From: a virus
Lineage: Duplodnaviria; Caudoviricetes
DNA length: 62,685 nt
Virus record (IMG/VR): IMGVR_UViG_3300037354_000009
Coordinates: 1-62,685 of that record
Strand: one strand, 5' to 3'
Shown: piece by piece, positions 37,579-46,385 of the stretch
Layout of the letters: each line of letters opens with the position of its first letter
Numbering within the stretch: the stretch's first letter is position 1
Made by a program: the position numbers and the translations under genes
The notes under the pieces: model-generated
What the model saw: only the letters and a program-made list of their open reading frames with translations
Databases searched by the model: none
What the model was told of the DNA's origin: nothing

Positions 37579-37608
37579 GCAAAAATATCAGAAATTCACG
37601 GGTATAAG
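37579..37608 (+). promoter_or_regulatory. phage promoter class A for replication operon
   Basis: GCAAAA-N18-TATAAG (GGGTATAAGCA); leader hairpin CCCAATC/GATTGGG. Confidence 0.75.
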
Positions 37609-37677
37609 CATCCTACTTATGACCCCCCAATCCCGCCTTGAAACGAGATTGGGAAACCTGTGAAAGGAACTGACCGA

Positions 37678-38091
37678 ATGGGAGCATACGCCGACCGTGT
37701 CAACGTAAACGAGAAGCCAGCCTGCTGGGGAGATGGCGACTCGTACGACTCCAGGGATGCGGACTGTTCTGCGTGCAACTTTCAGCACACCTGCCGAGCT
37801 GAGATATCTAGGGCATCTGCCGCAGCCATGGGCCCAGACAGAAGAACAACCCCTGCAGGTACCCCGCTTCGAACCTACCAGACATACCAACCGTACCGAC
37901 CACAAGGATACCAAGCGCCCACCTCCAACTACCGTCCCCAAGGAGGAGTAGAGTACAGCAACTGGGCTCCTGGTCCGATCAGCGAGAACGACAACCCGGT
38001 TACCAGGTTCTTCAAAGATGGTGTAGCAGGAGCGGCTCGTGGTGGTCTGTACGAGTGGTACAGATTCTTCACAGTGTTCCGGCTCAAGTAA
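37678..38091 (+). CDS. hypothetical protein with N-terminal four-Cys cluster
   Basis: PACWG...CSACNFQHTC; ATG 37678 with RBS AAAGGA. Confidence 0.6.
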   Translation: MGAYADRVNVNEKPACWGDGDSYDSRDADCSACNFQHTCRAEISRASAAAMGPDRRTTPAGTPLRTYQTYQPYRPQGYQAPTSNYRPQGGVEYSNWAPGPISENDNPVTRFFKDGVAGAARGGLYEWYRFFTVFRLK

Positions 38092-38099
38092 GGAGAGTA

Positions 38100-39548
38100 A
38101 TGGAGATCACCCTAGTCAGAAAGGACCCAGACGTTGGCTACTTCGGTAGGCAGCTCTGGATACCCAAGAAGCACATCAATGTCCGCTCCATCAAGGCAGG
38201 GCTCGAGTTCCCTGTCATGGGGGAGACTGGGGTCGAGTTCCTGCAGCTGTGGGAGGAATGTGATACTCACATCATCGTCCCACGAGAGTTCATCCCCAGG
38301 AGTCAGTACAAGGATGCTCCCTTCCCGATCATAGACATCGGACCCTACGAGTACAGGAACATCAACTTCAACAGTCGCATCGTCCTGGATTTCCTAGAGC
38401 CTGACAAGGACATCCAGCGAAGAGCCTTCAAGGCTATGTGCGAAGCCAACTGTGGAATCCTGAACCTGTCCTGCGGCAAAGGGAAAACACAGATCGCCCT
38501 GAGCCACATGGCACACAAGAAGGTACCAGCCCTGGTGATCGTGAACAACACCACGCTCATTGACCAGTGGAAGGCACGCATCGAGTCCTTCATGGATGTG
38601 GACGGTGGTGTAGGCCTGGTCCAAGGAGACCCAGCTGAGTGGGACTGGAGGGGCAGGGGTGTGGTTCTGGCAATGATCCACTCCCTGTCTCTCCGTTATG
38701 AAGAGATACCTGAAGGCTTCGACAGATACTTCGGTGGTATCTACTATGATGAAGTCCACCACCTATCCGCCCCGTTGTTCGTCCACACAGCCCCCATGTT
38801 CTACGGAGAGCGTTGGGGGCTGACTGCTACGGTGAATAGGGAGGATGGTCTCGAGCCCATCTACCAGTACCACGTTGGCCCCACCTTCTTTCGGGACCTA
38901 CAGCAGGAGGTCAAGCCACGCATCTACATTCAAGAGGTACCTATCAGCATAGATACCAATGATGAAGAGGTACAAAAGAAGATCTATGCTGGCGGGAAGA
39001 TCAACATCCCCAAGCTGAGGACCTACCTGGGTACTCTCCAAGCCAACAATGACTTCATTGCCGAGAAGCTTCGTATGCCCATCAGCAAGAAGAGAAAGAT
39101 GCTGGTACTGAGCCACAGTGTAGATCAACTCAGGCTTCTCCACGACATGTTCCCGGATTCCGGTCTGTGCACAGGTAGGGAGAAGCCAGCAGCCAGGATA
39201 GAGACCCTGAGGACCAGGCAGATAACCTTCGGGACTTTGCAGCTGGTGAAAGAGGCTCTGGACGAGAAGTCCCTAGACACGATCTTCTTTCTTACGCCAT
39301 TCGGAAGTGGAGCAGTAGAAGACGGTGGAAAGAACACCCTACAACAGGGCATGGGACGCATCCTTGGGTACCGTGGTGGTGGCAATCACCCAGTGGTGGT
39401 AATCATGGACCACGTCTTCATCCCTAAGTTCCACAAGTCATGCCGACAACTGAAGAAGCTGATCAACGAGTGGCCCGTCGATGAGGGTGGTCCACTAGAG
39501 TACACAATCCTTCGACCCTTTGACGAACAGGAGAGATACAAGAAATGA
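38100..39548 (+). CDS. superfamily 2 helicase (UvsW/SSL2-like)
   Basis: GILNLSCGKGKT, DEVHH, GLTAT, QGMGRI; ATG 38100 with RBS AAGGAG. Confidence 0.85.
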   Translation: MEITLVRKDPDVGYFGRQLWIPKKHINVRSIKAGLEFPVMGETGVEFLQLWEECDTHIIVPREFIPRSQYKDAPFPIIDIGPYEYRNINFNSRIVLDFLEPDKDIQRRAFKAMCEANCGILNLSCGKGKTQIALSHMAHKKVPALVIVNNTTLIDQWKARIESFMDVDGGVGLVQGDPAEWDWRGRGVVLAMIHSLSLRYEEIPEGFDRYFGGIYYDEVHHLSAPLFVHTAPMFYGERWGLTATVNREDGLEPIYQYHVGPTFFRDLQQEVKPRIYIQEVPISIDTNDEEVQKKIYAGGKINIPKLRTYLGTLQANNDFIAEKLRMPISKKRKMLVLSHSVDQLRLLHDMFPDSGLCTGREKPAARIETLRTRQITFGTLQLVKEALDEKSLDTIFFLTPFGSGAVEDGGKNTLQQGMGRILGYRGGGNHPVVVIMDHVFIPKFHKSCRQLKKLINEWPVDEGGPLEYTILRPFDEQERYKK

Positions 39549-39928
39549 GAACCGTGATCTTAGGAGACAGCAACCCGAACTACATGTTCATTGGTCAGAC
39601 CGACATGGATGACGGGGAAGTCAAGAGCTACATGGAAAAGGGATGGGGAGTAGAGCTCAAGAATGCTCGAATCTTCCAGCACCAGATCATGACCGTCATG
39701 ACCCAGCAGGGCCCGAATACCATGGCCAGTACCAAGATCTACCCATTCCCCCTGACCAACTCGGGGGCAAGCATCACCATCAAGCCCACGCTGTACATCT
39801 CTGTGGAAGACATCCCAGAGATCAGTGCAAACTTGAAGCAGGTAATGGAAGCTTGCCTCGAACTAGAGCAACACCTCAGAGTCCAACAGTCTGGCCTAGT
39901 CATGGCCAGAGAGCTGCCCAAAATCTAA
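39545..39928 (+). CDS. hypothetical protein
   Basis: 127 aa, ATGA overlap with helicase. Confidence 0.65.
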   Translation: MRTVILGDSNPNYMFIGQTDMDDGEVKSYMEKGWGVELKNARIFQHQIMTVMTQQGPNTMASTKIYPFPLTNSGASITIKPTLYISVEDIPEISANLKQVMEACLELEQHLRVQQSGLVMARELPKI

Positions 39929-40001
39929 ACATTGGTAACGCAGTAGGCAATTCGGGGCACCGTGCCCCAAATTACCGTGTGCGTCAAGGAAAGGAGATCA
40001 A

Positions 40002-40169
40002 ATGCTTGTAACAATCACGATCAAAGTAAACTACGACGAAGCTACTGTAACTGATCCCACCGAGCTACGAGACTGTCTGCGTGAAGAGGTCGGCTACTGC
40101 ATAGGAGATGGAATGCTCACGCCTCTGGATAGCGAGGTTGTAGACAGCCACTCCGTAGAGGTCATATGA
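40002..40169 (+). CDS. small acidic hypothetical protein (55 aa, not in ORF track)
   Basis: RBS AAGGAG; MLVTITIKVNYDEATVTDPTELRDCLREEVGYCIGDGMLTPLDSEVVDSHSVEVI; ATGA overlap with UDG-like gene. Confidence 0.65.
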   Translation: MLVTITIKVNYDEATVTDPTELRDCLREEVGYCIGDGMLTPLDSEVVDSHSVEVI

Positions 40170-40930
40170 ACAAGGCAGAAAAGCTGGCCCAGCTAGAAGA
40201 GAAGTGGGCAGGCTGTACCAAGTGTCCGCTGCACACGACAAGGAAGAATCTGGTGTTCGGGGAAGGCAATCCTAATGCCGACTTGATGATCATCGGAACT
40301 GCTCCTGGAGAAGAAGAGGACCTGTTGGGCAGACCATACATGGGAGAGTCAGGAGCCATCCTGAATGACTTCCTCAATGGTGCCCGGCTCAGCAGAGAAG
40401 AGGACGTGTACATCACCAACATTGTCTGCTGCTATCCGCAGATGGTGAAGGAGGATGAGCGCACGGGGAAGAAGTACGTGGGGGCTCGTGATCCGAAGAA
40501 GGAAGAGAGGATGGCATGCAGGGAGCGCCTGCTGGAGACCATCTACATAGTGGACCCTATGCTCATCGTAGCTTTCGGAAAGCCAGCCATGCAGGCACTG
40601 ACCGGGAAGAGCACAGTGACAGCCAGGCTTCATGGTGAGATCCAAACCATGCGCCTACCAGGAAGAAGCACAGAGCTCAGGTATGCAGTGATGCCGACAT
40701 ATGAACCAGGCCAGCTGGCGGGCAGCTCTGATACAACCACCCAGCACACAGGACTGTGGGGTCCAGCGATACAGGACTTCACCAACATCTGCAAGATCAT
40801 AGACTACCTCAGAGAGCAGTACTACGGCGTGGTACCACCAGATAAACAAAAGCAACCTGACAAGAAAACCAAGAAGGGAAAAGCATCGCATGCCGAAGAA
40901 GACGACGAAGACCCAGACAGAGAAGACTGA
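40166..40930 (+). CDS. uracil-DNA glycosylase family 4-like protein with altered active-site motifs
   Basis: CTKCPL, VFGEGNPNADLMIIGTAPG, YITNIVCC; GEAPG->GTAPG and YHP->YEP. Confidence 0.8.
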   Translation: MNKAEKLAQLEEKWAGCTKCPLHTTRKNLVFGEGNPNADLMIIGTAPGEEEDLLGRPYMGESGAILNDFLNGARLSREEDVYITNIVCCYPQMVKEDERTGKKYVGARDPKKEERMACRERLLETIYIVDPMLIVAFGKPAMQALTGKSTVTARLHGEIQTMRLPGRSTELRYAVMPTYEPGQLAGSSDTTTQHTGLWGPAIQDFTNICKIIDYLREQYYGVVPPDKQKQPDKKTKKGKASHAEEDDEDPDRED

Positions 40931-41402
40931 GGCTCCACCAGAGACCACGGCACAGAAGCAGGCAAAGGTCTACAAGCATGCAGAGGACGAGCTACGAGCA
41001 TTCATGAAGGACCCAGATGTCCGACCGATGCTCGAGGAGTTCTACGGGCTCCTGGAAGCTAGGAATCTGGCACTAGATGTAGCCGTACGAGAGGTGAAGG
41101 CAGAGCTTCAGAGATCTGATAGGAAGCAGCTGGTCTATGAAGGCATCGGTGCACAGAGCAAGATGAGCCGGTACTACGACACGGACTTCTTGGCAGAGCA
41201 TCTACCTGTCGGGCAAGCAAACCTGGTACTGACCAGCAAGCTTGTCTACGAACTGAACCAACCTCTACTCGAGCAGATGGTACGTCAAGGAGAGGTTGAT
41301 CCACAGATCGTAGGACAGGCCTACCACGAAGACCCACAAAACCCATCAGCCCTTCCGGGAACACCAAAACCATTCACCCTTCCGGCACTGCCGAGAGACT
41401 AG
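40890..41402 (+). CDS. hypothetical protein
   Basis: 170 aa in replication operon. Confidence 0.65.
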   Translation: MPKKTTKTQTEKTEAPPETTAQKQAKVYKHAEDELRAFMKDPDVRPMLEEFYGLLEARNLALDVAVREVKAELQRSDRKQLVYEGIGAQSKMSRYYDTDFLAEHLPVGQANLVLTSKLVYELNQPLLEQMVRQGEVDPQIVGQAYHEDPQNPSALPGTPKPFTLPALPRD

Positions 41403-41544
41403 TGTGGCACGACCAGGAATAGCGAAATAGATTGCGAAGATCTACTAGAGCACGAATATGAACCACGGACACCAATAGGAGAAGACGGCCTGATCATAGG
41501 ATGGTTATGCCGATGTGGACAACGAGTAACCCCAAAGGAGAACC

Positions 41545-41949
41545 ATGGCGAGACCATTGATACCAGGAAGAAAGACAGCGGGACCGGTAGGTAACACTGG
41601 CCCAGGGCCAAACGCTACCGCCTCTGTGCAAGGTAAGGCAACAGAGAAGGTCAAGACAGACGGAGATCGCATCAGGCGAGAGAAAGACCTGAGTGGAAGC
41701 TTCGACATGCCCTTCCCTATCGGGGATGGTGTAGGAAGAGTCGAGGTAACCAGGGGATTCAAGAACTGGTTCAGCACACGTGAAGCTGGTCTGACCGTTG
41801 AATCCACCGTAACAGTAAGTGTGGCGTGCAACCAAGACGTCCACTCCATTCTAGAGGCTGTCACACAAGCCGGAATAGTAGCCGAAGAAAAGGCCAAGGA
41901 AGGCGCAGAAGAGATGGGGGCTTACCTCAAGAACTTCGGGGGAGGCTGA
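41545..41949 (+). CDS. hypothetical protein
   Basis: 134 aa, RBS AAGGAG. Confidence 0.65.
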   Translation: MARPLIPGRKTAGPVGNTGPGPNATASVQGKATEKVKTDGDRIRREKDLSGSFDMPFPIGDGVGRVEVTRGFKNWFSTREAGLTVESTVTVSVACNQDVHSILEAVTQAGIVAEEKAKEGAEEMGAYLKNFGGG

Positions 41950-42284
41950 TGTTAGTCTGCGAGGCAGAGAGCAAGATCAATGCCCTGCAGGTGACCGAGG
42001 TATCCATCACCAACTTTCCGAACGCTGGTCTGGTAGTGAATGCCACCTACGCACTGATGGAGTATGATGTTAAAGCCAAGGCCGTGGTAGGAACTCACGG
42101 AAAGTGCACAGCGAACCCAAAGAACTGGTCTGAAGAGACCCTCCAACTAATGAAAGACCTTATGGTCGCAATGGAAGAAGATCTTACACCACGACACTTT
42201 GCAACCCAACGAAACCCAAGCATGGAGAACAAAAATGAGACGCGGACTGAGACTGGAAGACTCGAAGAAGTTGATCCCGTTTAA
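41949..42284 (+). CDS. hypothetical protein
   Basis: start ATG 41949 (TGATG coupling, RBS GGAGG). Confidence 0.6.
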   Translation: MLVCEAESKINALQVTEVSITNFPNAGLVVNATYALMEYDVKAKAVVGTHGKCTANPKNWSEETLQLMKDLMVAMEEDLTPRHFATQRNPSMENKNETRTETGRLEEVDPV

Positions 42285-43386
42285 CCTGGTACGGGAAGAG
42301 ATTGCTGAAGAGCATGACCTAAAGAACAGAGACGTCGTAGTGAAGATGTCTGATGTTCGGATCAACAAAGAGCTGAACATGGACATCCCTGGACTCGGCT
42401 CCTACACAATGACCGGCTGGTCGAAGAGCCAACTCGGCTCAAAGCTGGGCATCCAGTGGGACAAGTGGTTCAACTCCAAGTGGATCAAGCCAGAGCAGGT
42501 GCAAGAGGAACTGCAGAGGCGGTTCAACCACAGTGGTGAGAGCTGCAAGATCAGAACAAAGAGGTACCGTGCTGGTGCCCCTGGACTGAAGGTAGCTGAT
42601 GGGTACATGAGAGCTGTCCTCTCGCCCACCTTCGAACCCATTGATGACGAGAAGATCTTTGACCGGTGTGAGCGCAAGTTCACCTCCCAGTTGGAGACTC
42701 TTGGCTTCATGAAGGACCACCACAACAAGCACGCAGTGTGGGGCAATGATCACTGCAACTACTACACCCTGGTAGCCAAGGAGCCTATCGACCTTGGCCC
42801 CATCGACAGGAACAGTGATAACCACGAACTGAGGGCTGTCTACGACAATGCAGAACGAGCAGGGAGTCTCCCGGAGACTGACCTTGTGTACCCAGGCATG
42901 ACCTTGCGCAATTCTGAGGTCGGGTACACAGCGGTCATCATCGACGAGTTCTCCTTCCGCCTGGTCTGCTCGAACGGGATGATCATTAGTGTTGGGGACA
43001 GCCGCCTTCTCTACAGGCAGCACCGCCCCATCGAAGAGGCAGCGTTGGACAGGCAGCTGAGCGAAGCCTTCGGTGTACTGAGTGCACGGTGGGTCTCTAC
43101 CAAGTCGAAGCTGCAGCTTCTGTCCAGCATCAACGTGGTCAACCCAGAGAAGGAAATCGAAATGCAGCTGAACAAGATGGAGGCCACCAAGCTCTTCATC
43201 AAGGGTGCACAAGATGCCTTCAAACTGGAGCCACTGCCCAACATGTACGGCATCCTCCAGGCAATCACACGTGCTGCACAAGATGTGAATGAGGACATGG
43301 ACAAGAGGGTAACTCTGGAGGAGATGGCTGGTCGCTTTCTCTCCAAGGCCCCATCGTTGACTGCCCTCGCCACTGTCGCAGCGTAA
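42235..43386 (+). CDS. DUF932-family protein
   Basis: RAVLSPTFEPIDD and LRNSEVG...FRLVCSNG motifs; ATG 42235 with RBS GGAG. Confidence 0.75.
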   Translation: MRRGLRLEDSKKLIPFNLVREEIAEEHDLKNRDVVVKMSDVRINKELNMDIPGLGSYTMTGWSKSQLGSKLGIQWDKWFNSKWIKPEQVQEELQRRFNHSGESCKIRTKRYRAGAPGLKVADGYMRAVLSPTFEPIDDEKIFDRCERKFTSQLETLGFMKDHHNKHAVWGNDHCNYYTLVAKEPIDLGPIDRNSDNHELRAVYDNAERAGSLPETDLVYPGMTLRNSEVGYTAVIIDEFSFRLVCSNGMIISVGDSRLLYRQHRPIEEAALDRQLSEAFGVLSARWVSTKSKLQLLSSINVVNPEKEIEMQLNKMEATKLFIKGAQDAFKLEPLPNMYGILQAITRAAQDVNEDMDKRVTLEEMAGRFLSKAPSLTALATVAA

Positions 43387-43400
43387 CCACAACCCGTAGT

Positions 43401-43486
43401 GGGGGAGCAGAGTCTGCGCCACTAGCAGTGGTGTAGGTCAACAATCTTTTGACTTGCACACCTACTGGGCGCAGCTTTGTTCCCCC
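43401..43486 (+). ncRNA. 86-nt rod-like RNA hairpin upstream of Hfq-like gene
   Basis: GGGGGAGCAGAG/CTTTGTTCCCCC, CTGCGCC/GGCGCAG, internal loop, GTGTAGGTCAA/TTGACTTGCAC; G-U pairs work only on + strand. Confidence 0.6.
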
Positions 43487-43507
43487 TCGTTTCTCGAAAG
43501 GAATCGT

Positions 43508-43786
43508 ATGAAACCAAGCGACACTGCTGTACTCGAAGGCAAGGTAAAGAAGCTCGAGAAGGATGTAAACGAGCTCAAGGACTTGATCAACGTCCATGAG
43601 AACTGGAACAGTGAGATCAAGAAGATGTTCGGCAAGAAGGTAGATGTCGTAACCAGCACAGGCACCGTGCATAGGGGTGAGCTGCTCTGGTCAGATCGTT
43701 ACTGCATCTGCATCTTCCACGAAATCAGAAAGAACAGGGTCACCCTGAATAAAGGGGGAGTGGTATCTATCGAACTGTCCAAGTGA
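43508..43786 (+). CDS. Hfq/Sm-like RNA-binding protein with N-terminal coiled coil
   Basis: VDVVTSTGTVHRGELLWSDRYCICI matches Sm1 pattern; VTLNKGGVVSI matches Sm2 position; ATG 43508, RBS AAAGGA. Confidence 0.6.
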   Translation: MKPSDTAVLEGKVKKLEKDVNELKDLINVHENWNSEIKKMFGKKVDVVTSTGTVHRGELLWSDRYCICIFHEIRKNRVTLNKGGVVSIELSK

Positions 43787-43799
43787 GAGGAGCATTCCC

Positions 43800-45305
43800 A
43801 TGGCTGCGAACAAAGACCTAAGACTGATTGCAAAAATAGCCGACGTGGGCCCTTCTGGGATGAGGGCAGCAATAGATGCTGAGATCCGACCGGACCACAT
43901 CATGGACCTCGACGCACGCATGGTGTTCGAGTTCATGCTGGGGTACTACCACAATGCCAAGACCGGGGGTGATGTACCAACAAGGGACATGATCCGCGAC
44001 AGCTACTCAACGGTGGACCTCCCTGACAACGACCGTATGAAGATGTCCTCCGTCATAGAGGACTTCAAGAAGCACGACGCCAGTGCAAGGTTGGACAAGC
44101 TGTCCTCCTACCTACACGACTGGAGAGACAGACCTGACGAAGCACTGGTACATCTAGAACGAGAGATCAAAGAGATTGGCAAGCAGCGTAGAGGCAGCAC
44201 CGACATAGTCGTGGCTGACGCGATCTCTGCAGTCAAGTACATCTACGAAGAGAACAAGAACAGGGGCGTGCTCAAGGGCATACCCTATCCCTGGAAGATC
44301 TTAAATGATGAGACCAGGGGAATGCAGGATGGAGAGTACATCATCTTCTATGGTCGCCCAAAGTCTCTCAAGACCTGGGTAGCCTTGAGCATCTGCATGT
44401 ACGCCTACGACTATGCCAGCAGGAGAATCCTAATCTATACACGTGAGATGTCTCCAGAACAGATGATGGAGAGGTGCGTGTGCCTATTGATTGGGGCAGC
44501 CTACGACGACTGGAAGCACGGTCGTTTGGCATCTATCCCGCACCCTCATGGTGGGTCTATGGAAGACCACTTCTACTCCATGATGGAGACCATGAAGCAG
44601 GACGAAGTCACCTGCAGTCTAGAGACAGGAAAGAACAAGAGCCTCATCATCACCAGTGACCGACAGGACAGGAAGTACGGCGGTGGTGTGAAAGGACTAC
44701 GGCACAAGATCGAGGACTTCAAACCCGATCTAATCTTCGCAGATGCCGTGTACCTGATGAGGAATGACAGAGAGCAAGGGGCCCGGTCCTTGAAGTGGAA
44801 TGACCAGGCAGCTATCTCTCAAGACCTGAAGGACCTGGCACAGGACATGAAGCGTCCTATCCTGGCCACTCTCCAGGCCAACCGTGCCAGTGAGAAGGAG
44901 GACCAGCAGGGGCGGTCCACAACCAACATGTCCTTCTCAGACTCATACGCTCAGGACACAGACCTGGCCATTGAGATCATCAAGAAGAGGGTGGACAGGC
45001 ACCACAATGAGCTGGCCCTCTCCATCACAGCATCACGTGAAGCAAACATCGCAGGGTTCGCCATCAACGGAGACCCAGCTACCAACTTCACACAGCTGTA
45101 TCGTCCGGTACATGACGACGTAGGTGAGGTGAAGGTAGACGGGCAGGTAGTCATGGCACCGTTGATCTTCAATGACTCACGAGACATCAAGGAAGTGTTC
45201 TGGAAGAACTACATCCCGAAGTACATGCCAGACTACGACAGCAAGCCAGAGAAGGCCAAGGACAGGGCACGGAAGCCAGTCAACATACCTCGAGGTGGAG
45301 CATAG
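43800..45305 (+). CDS. dnaB: replicative DnaB-like (SF4) helicase
   Basis: GIPYPW..LN..T.GMQ.GEY, Walker A GRPKSLKT, EMS, LIFAD, LQANR, SDSYAQD. Confidence 0.85.
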   Translation: MAANKDLRLIAKIADVGPSGMRAAIDAEIRPDHIMDLDARMVFEFMLGYYHNAKTGGDVPTRDMIRDSYSTVDLPDNDRMKMSSVIEDFKKHDASARLDKLSSYLHDWRDRPDEALVHLEREIKEIGKQRRGSTDIVVADAISAVKYIYEENKNRGVLKGIPYPWKILNDETRGMQDGEYIIFYGRPKSLKTWVALSICMYAYDYASRRILIYTREMSPEQMMERCVCLLIGAAYDDWKHGRLASIPHPHGGSMEDHFYSMMETMKQDEVTCSLETGKNKSLIITSDRQDRKYGGGVKGLRHKIEDFKPDLIFADAVYLMRNDREQGARSLKWNDQAAISQDLKDLAQDMKRPILATLQANRASEKEDQQGRSTTNMSFSDSYAQDTDLAIEIIKKRVDRHHNELALSITASREANIAGFAINGDPATNFTQLYRPVHDDVGEVKVDGQVVMAPLIFNDSRDIKEVFWKNYIPKYMPDYDSKPEKAKDRARKPVNIPRGGA

Positions 45306-45308
45306 CAG

Positions 45309-46385
45309 ATGGCCCTCTCGGACATGATCTTAGAGTCCGCCAGGAAGCACCTACGGTTCATCAAGACCTCCGGTAACTACAACATCGGAGGTCCGTGTCC
45401 TTTCCACAAGTCCGGTCAAGAGAAGACCCCGTCGTTCTACATCAACCTGAACAACGGTCTGTACTACTGCCATGCCTGCGGAGAGAAGGGCACCTTCGCC
45501 CAGTTCCTCAAGGCTATGGGGGAGCAGTCAGAGAAGGTAGATCTTATCTTGCAGCTCTCCAGGGAGGCCAGGATAAAGCCTCCACCAAAAGCCACCAGCC
45601 TGCGGGGCACGCACTTCCTGAAGGAGAGCCTTCTCGGTGTGTTCGATTACTGCCCCATCAAGCTGGTGGACGATGGCTTTGATGAGGTCCTGCTGCAGAA
45701 AATGGACATAGGGTTCGACAAAGAGTACGAACGGATCACCTTCCCCATCCGGGACATCTACGGAGATCTGGTTGGTGTCTCTGGCCGCACGGTCACCGGC
45801 GCCTTCCCCAGGTACAAGGTCTACAAGAAGGAGGACCTGGTGCGCTTTGCATCAGACGATCCGATAGAGAAGTCTAAGTACGACCAGTACGAAATCAAGA
45901 ACCACTGCTTCCTGTGGAACATGCACAACGTATATCCGAAGCTCTTCTACACAGACCTGGACACGGTCATATTGGTAGAGGGCTACAAGGCATGCTTGTG
46001 GATGCTCCAGCAAGGATTTGAGAACACAGTAGCCCTGCAAGGGAGTAGAATGAGTGCCCTTCAAGAAGCCGCTCTGGCGAAGCATGATGGCTGGGTCATC
46101 CTCTTCCTAGACAACAACAAGGCTGGAAAGGAAGGTACAGCAGACACAGGAGACCGACTGATCGCAAGAGGACTACGTGTCCTAGTATGCAACTACCCAG
46201 ACGAATACGAAGACAATGCACAACCTGACAATCTAACCCAAAGCGAAATTCAACAAGTACTAGATCAAGCAACATCACTGATCGAATGGAAGGACAAACA
46301 TGGAATACTCACCAAATCGCAGCCTCTCGACGTCAATGCATGGGTACGTAACGAGCCGAACCACGGGGTCAGGCGGTCGGAGTAG
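45309..46385 (+). CDS. dnaG: DnaG-like primase (CHC2 zinc finger + TOPRIM)
   Basis: CPFH..EKTPSF...YYCHAC, RITFPIRD...VGVSGR, VEGY, LFLDNNKAG. Confidence 0.8.
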   Translation: MALSDMILESARKHLRFIKTSGNYNIGGPCPFHKSGQEKTPSFYINLNNGLYYCHACGEKGTFAQFLKAMGEQSEKVDLILQLSREARIKPPPKATSLRGTHFLKESLLGVFDYCPIKLVDDGFDEVLLQKMDIGFDKEYERITFPIRDIYGDLVGVSGRTVTGAFPRYKVYKKEDLVRFASDDPIEKSKYDQYEIKNHCFLWNMHNVYPKLFYTDLDTVILVEGYKACLWMLQQGFENTVALQGSRMSALQEAALAKHDGWVILFLDNNKAGKEGTADTGDRLIARGLRVLVCNYPDEYEDNAQPDNLTQSEIQQVLDQATSLIEWKDKHGILTKSQPLDVNAWVRNEPNHGVRRSE

